A DNA stretch of 64,000 nucleotides from Octopus vulgaris (Eukaryota). The notes below the pieces were generated by a model. That model worked only from the letters and a program-made list of their open reading frames with translations, was not told the DNA's origin and did no database searches. Positions 59,092-64,000 of the stretch are shown piece after piece (the first letter of the stretch is position 1; every line of letters starts with the position of its first letter). Where the stretch lies: positions 75,578,001 to 75,642,000 of the forward strand of contig OX597830.1 of assembly GCA_951406725.2 (NCBI GenBank), in the 5' to 3' direction. Made by a program: the position numbers and the translations under genes.

Positions 59092-59104
59092 CATATATAT
59101 ATAT

Positions 59105-59304
59105 GTGACCGCGTGCGCACCGTTGGCGATTTTTTTTCCTCTGTCTTCCCTTCTCTGGATCTTTCCTTCTCCTATGTTTCCGACGAAGAGCTCCGCTCGA
59201 AACATTAAATCCTCCTTCTTTCCTTCCATCTGAGCGTCCAATAATACTATATTTGTTCCACGTCCTCGCGTTGTTGTGTTTTTTTGTGCTTTTTGTTTGA
59301 TTAA

Positions 59305-59308
<4 letters not shown>
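59105..59308 (+). mobile_element. Short element in (TA)n carrying a minimal hammerhead-like motif; same family as about 1530-1630
   Basis: gttt-CCGACGA-a-gagc(tcc)gctc-GAAA-catt-aaat; flanks are homologous to 1550-1630. Confidence 0.6.
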
Positions 59309-59395
<87 letters not shown>

Positions 59396-59398
<3 letters not shown>

Positions 59399-59607
59399 TC
59401 TGTTTGTTCCCCCAACCTCGCTGGAAAACAGATGCTGGTGTGTTTACGTCCACGTAACTTAGGAGTTCGGCCTAAGAACCTATAGAATAAATATTAGGCT
59501 TACAAAGAATAAGTCCTGGGGTGAATTTGTTCGACTCAAGGCAGTGCTCCAGCATAGCCGCACTCAACTGACAGAAACAAGTAAAAGAGTAAGAGAATAA
59601 AAGAATA
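59396..59607 (+). mobile_element. SINE family A, 3' half
   Basis: Homologous to 133-330. Confidence 0.8.
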
Positions 59608-59936
59608 TACGTGTATATATATATATATAATATAAGGGATATTAGCCAACTGAATATGGCTAGGGACAGGGCAGGGTGGTGGGGGTGTCACTGTTGCATT
59701 TAGCCCCAGGCGAACATCAACGTCACCAGATAGGCCGACGCCATCACGGCGTCCTCTATCTTGCAAAGGGAGATCATTCACCAAGAAGCGGATACCACAC
59801 ACGGACCTAGGTTTCAAGGTGTATTGCCTATTATCAACGTGTGGTAGGCATCGCTTCTCGATGAACGACCAACCGTGCAAGATATCTATATTATGGAGCA
59901 GTCACTGTCTATATCTCATTTAGAGAATTATTATTG

Positions 59937-59969
<33 letters not shown>

Positions 59970-59975
<6 letters not shown>

Positions 59976-60278
59976 AATCACGTGACTGACCAGTCCATCA
60001 GATGTAGTTACACATCGCTGGTCACAATGCGCTCGTATTGTTTTAGCCTTTGAATGATGCCACCCCGCTGGCTAAGCGAGCAGGCCAACAGAAGAAAGAG
60101 TGGGAGAAAAAGTGGTGATAGAGTACAGCAGGAATCACCACCTCCCTGCCGGAGCATCGTGGAGCTTTTAGGTGTTTTCGCTCAATAAGTACACTCACAA
60201 CGCCTGGTTTTGGGAATCGAAACCGCGGTCCTACGACCGCGAGTCCACTGCCCTAACCACTGGGTCATTGCGCCTCCA
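59970..60278 (-). mobile_element. tRNA-headed SINE (family D)
   Basis: The minus strand starts 'ggaggcgcaatgacccagtggttagggcagtggactcgcggtcgtaggaccgcggtttcgattccc' (A and B boxes). Confidence 0.8.
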
Positions 60279-60625
60279 CACACACACATATAAATATATA
60301 TATATATATATATATACATATATACACATACATATATACATACATGTATACGTATATATACACATACATATATACATACATGTATACGTATATATACACA
60401 CGCAAGTATGCATCGGCGTTTATAAGCGAGTGCGTTTGAGTGAATGCTGTAAAGTGACCGAAAGTAAGAGGTGCCAGAGATGCAGTATGAGCTATTCTAT
60501 GTGAGTAGGTACCGGTGTTTTTATTAGTGTACGTGCGCACAGTCACGTTTAGTAACATCGAAGAAGAAAAATATATGACAGATATCAATGCTACTCTCAG
60601 TGTTTGTATGTGTTTGCAGGAGTGC

Positions 60626-60661
<36 letters not shown>

Positions 60662-60677
60662 CTGTGTGTATGTGTGA

Positions 60678-60709
<32 letters not shown>

Positions 60710-60969
60710 AACTGCGAGGTGAGATTTAAAGAAGTAGGATCAAACGCGTGGAGAGACAAGAGCAAACGAGAGTTCGAGGGAGATAAAAATAGAGAGAGAG
60801 AGAGAGAGAGAATGGGGGCAAAGAGAGAAAAAGAACAAAACGAGAGAGTGAAGTCAATGTAGAGAGAGTGACAATTAGATAAGAGAGAATTATAAGAAAG
60901 AGCGCAGTGAGAGTTTGATCTCCTTAATGATACGTAAACATATCTACAAGGTATGAGAGACAGAGACGA

Positions 60970-61001
<32 letters not shown>

Positions 61002-61736
61002 TACGCAGAAAGACAGATTGAGGCAATGAGAAAGAAAGAAAGGAAGAAAGAAAAAGAAAGGAAGGAAGGAAGGGAAAAGAAAGACGTAAAAGCAGAAACA
61101 GAAAGATAGATAAAGGCAGATAGTGACAGAGAGAGAGAGAGAGAGGGGGGGAGAAAGAGAGATGTGAGTGAGTGAGCGAGTGAGGGAGAGAGAGATACAG
61201 TGATAGAGAGACACAGAAAGAGGCAGAAAGGAAAAAGAATGGAGCCGGTGAGAAGGAGAGAGAGACAAAAAGGGAGAGAGAAGGAGAGGGGTCGAGTAAG
61301 AGACGTGAGAGTACTTAAATAGTCGCAAACAGAGATAGAAAAATATAAAAAAATAAGTGTGATGACTTGTATGTGTCTGTTGTTGAGTTTGTATATGTGG
61401 GATCTTGTGCCTATGTGTGTGCGTTTGGCATGCATGTGTATGCGTATTTCTAGTATGTGTATGTGTTTTCGTAGTATTTTGTTTTTGTCCTGCTTTCTCA
61501 GTGAGTTTATGTGTAAAGGTATGTGTCTGTCTACATGTGAATATTTGCATCCTATGTTCTTATCCGTACATATACATATACCCGGTATATATGTGTGTAT
61601 GTATGTATGTATGTATGTATGTATGTATGTATGTATGTATGTATGTATGTATGTATGTATGTATGTATGTATGTATGTATGTATGTATGTATGTATGTAT
61701 GAATGTATGTATGTATGTATGTACGTATGTATTTGT

Positions 61737-61978
61737 GGAATCGCGTAGCTTAATAGTTAGGGTGTCAGCCTCATGCTCGAAAGATTGTGGTTTCGATTCC
61801 TGGACCGGGCGATGCGTTGTGTTCTTGACCAAAACATTTCATTTCACGTTGCTCCGGACCACTCAGCTGGCAAAAATGAGTAACGCTGCGATGGACTGAT
61901 GTCCCATCCAGCTGGGGAACACATACGCCATTGAAACCGGGAAACCGGCCCCATGAGCCTGGCTTGGCTTTAAAAGAG
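61737..61978 (+). mobile_element. tRNA-headed SINE family C
   Basis: 'cgcgtagcttaatagttagggtg..ggtttcgattcctggaccgggc..gttgtgttcttgaccaaaacatttcatttcacgttgctcc'. Confidence 0.8.
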
Positions 61979-62013
61979 ACCCCCCCCACACACAAATGTA
62001 TGTATGTATATAC

Positions 62014-62265
62014 TTTTATTCTTTATACATTTATTTGATTTAGCCACTTGAATGCAACCATGCCTGAGCACCACATTAAATGGTTTTAGTCGAAGAAATT
62101 GACCCTAGGACTTATTCTTTGTAACCCTAGTACTTATTCTGTGGGTCTCTCATGCAGAACCACTAGATTACGGGGACGAAAGCACATCAGTATTGATTGC
62201 CAAGCGATGGTGGGTCGGGAAAACGATCATAGTCACAGAGACACATAAATATATACATTTATTTA

Positions 62266-62300
<35 letters not shown>

Positions 62301-62464
62301 GACGGGCTTCTTTCTGTTTCCGTCTACCAAATCCACTCACAAGGGTGTGGTCGGCCCGTGCCTATGTTAGAAGACACGTGTCCAAGATGCCAGGCAGTAA
62401 AACTGAACCTGGAAACATATGGCTGGGAAGCAAGATTCTTACCACACGAATACACCGGCGCCTA
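62014..62464 (-). mobile_element. Full-length SINE family A, diverged
   Basis: Reverse complement of family A with an internal (TA)n. Confidence 0.82.
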
Positions 62465-62465
62465 T

Positions 62466-62498
<33 letters not shown>

Positions 62499-62520
62499 TA
62501 TTCTCATATATATATATATG

Positions 62521-62576
<56 letters not shown>

Positions 62577-62587
62577 CATATATATAA

Positions 62588-62621
<34 letters not shown>

Positions 62622-63712
62622 ATAAATATATATATATATATATATATTGATATATATTATATATATATATATATGTATGTATACGTATATACATATATGC
62701 ATATACATATATATATATAAATATATACATATGCATATATATATATATTAATATATATGTGTGTGTGTGTATACATATACGTATACATATACATATATAT
62801 ACATATATATGTGTGTGTGTGTGTTTGTGTATTAGCAAATGTATACGCGTAGGTCTTCGTGAGGTCTTGTGTTGGTCCGTGTGAATGAGAAACTGCGCGC
62901 GTGCGTAGTGTTGGCGATTGTATGCGTCTTGTAATAGAATTATGTCAAAAATTATATTCTTGACTTCAACTTTGTTTACAGCTCCATTAAATTTAGTTTG
63001 GAAACTTGGTATCTATAAATCAATCAGGTGATAGATCGATAAACCATATAGATAGCTAGATAGATCGATTGATAGATAGACAGATAAATCGATAGATAGG
63101 TAGATACAGAAATGGATAAAAACACAGACTGGTTGGTAGCTTCATAGCTACTATTACTGTACTCAGATATTTTGTTTTATAGATGCATACACACGCACAC
63201 ACACACACACACGCACACACACACACACACACGCACAAACACACATACGCACACACATACGCACATGCACAAGCGCGCGCATAAGTACATACACATACAC
63301 ACGAGAGCACGGACGCACACATATGTATACGTACACACACATATACTTTCAGACATTTGAGCATGTACACACATACTCATCTCTGTGTGTGTGAGCATAT
63401 ATGTATTCCTGTGTGCGCGACTAAGTATAACGTCAGTTCTAAAACCTAGATTATTTTGCATGGTAACATTCCAACACATATATACATATACATATACGTA
63501 AATAAACACACACATATATATATACACATCCACACATATATATGTTTGTGCGTGTGTGTTCGTGAGTGTGTACCTATGTGTGTGTGTGTGTATATATATA
63601 TATATCACTTTCATGCGAACACACAAGCATGCCTATACTATATGCACACATATGTTTCCCACGTGTATGTAAATATGCATGTATGTATATATATATATAT
63701 ATATATTCGTAT

Positions 63713-63773
<61 letters not shown>

Positions 63774-64000
63774 TATATACATGCATGTATGTATATATAT
63801 TACGTACGTATGTGCATGTATGTGTGCATGTGTGCACGCGGTTTCGTCTCTGCATGTAACTGCTCTTTCTGATCATGTATATATAAATGTGTATATTTAT
63901 ATCAGAGGGCACACTCGTATTCAACAGATATATATGTGTGTGTATGCGTGTGCGTGTATGTATGCATATATATAGATATATATATAGATATATATACATA
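62465..64000. repeat. (TA)/(CA) microsatellite field
   Basis: Direct inspection. Confidence 0.88.

Noticed and set aside
60200-60278. tRNA gene-like sequence (also 61737-61810 and family A heads)
   Set aside because: A/B boxes continue into SINE bodies and no clean cloverleaf forms, so these are SINE heads.

Overview
This is AT-rich eukaryotic DNA dominated by microsatellites, most likely intronic or intergenic sequence from an octopus or other coleoid cephalopod. That taxon is inferred from recognising the SINE families and was not checked by a search. I found no convincing host protein-coding exon, and almost all supplied ORFs are translations of simple repeats. The supported content is: many copies of at least three tRNA-headed SINE families; four R4/Dong-type non-LTR retrotransposon fragments associated with (TAA)n or (GAT)n; one young 5'-truncated CR1-group LINE inside (TA)n; an RTE fragment; three decayed mariner transposons; and several fold-back or MITE-like elements. 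The most interesting signal is RNA structure. A canonical type I hammerhead ribozyme fold with a complete core lies at 18853-18913. Minimal or partial hammerhead motifs of the kind described for Penelope-like elements lie at about 1.6, 8.9, 41.8 and 59.2 kb, two of them inside fold-backs. Other points of note are a tandemly amplified SINE body inside one target-site duplication, head-to-tail Dong insertions, and long inverted repeats that enclose microsatellites. All alignments and folds were done by eye.
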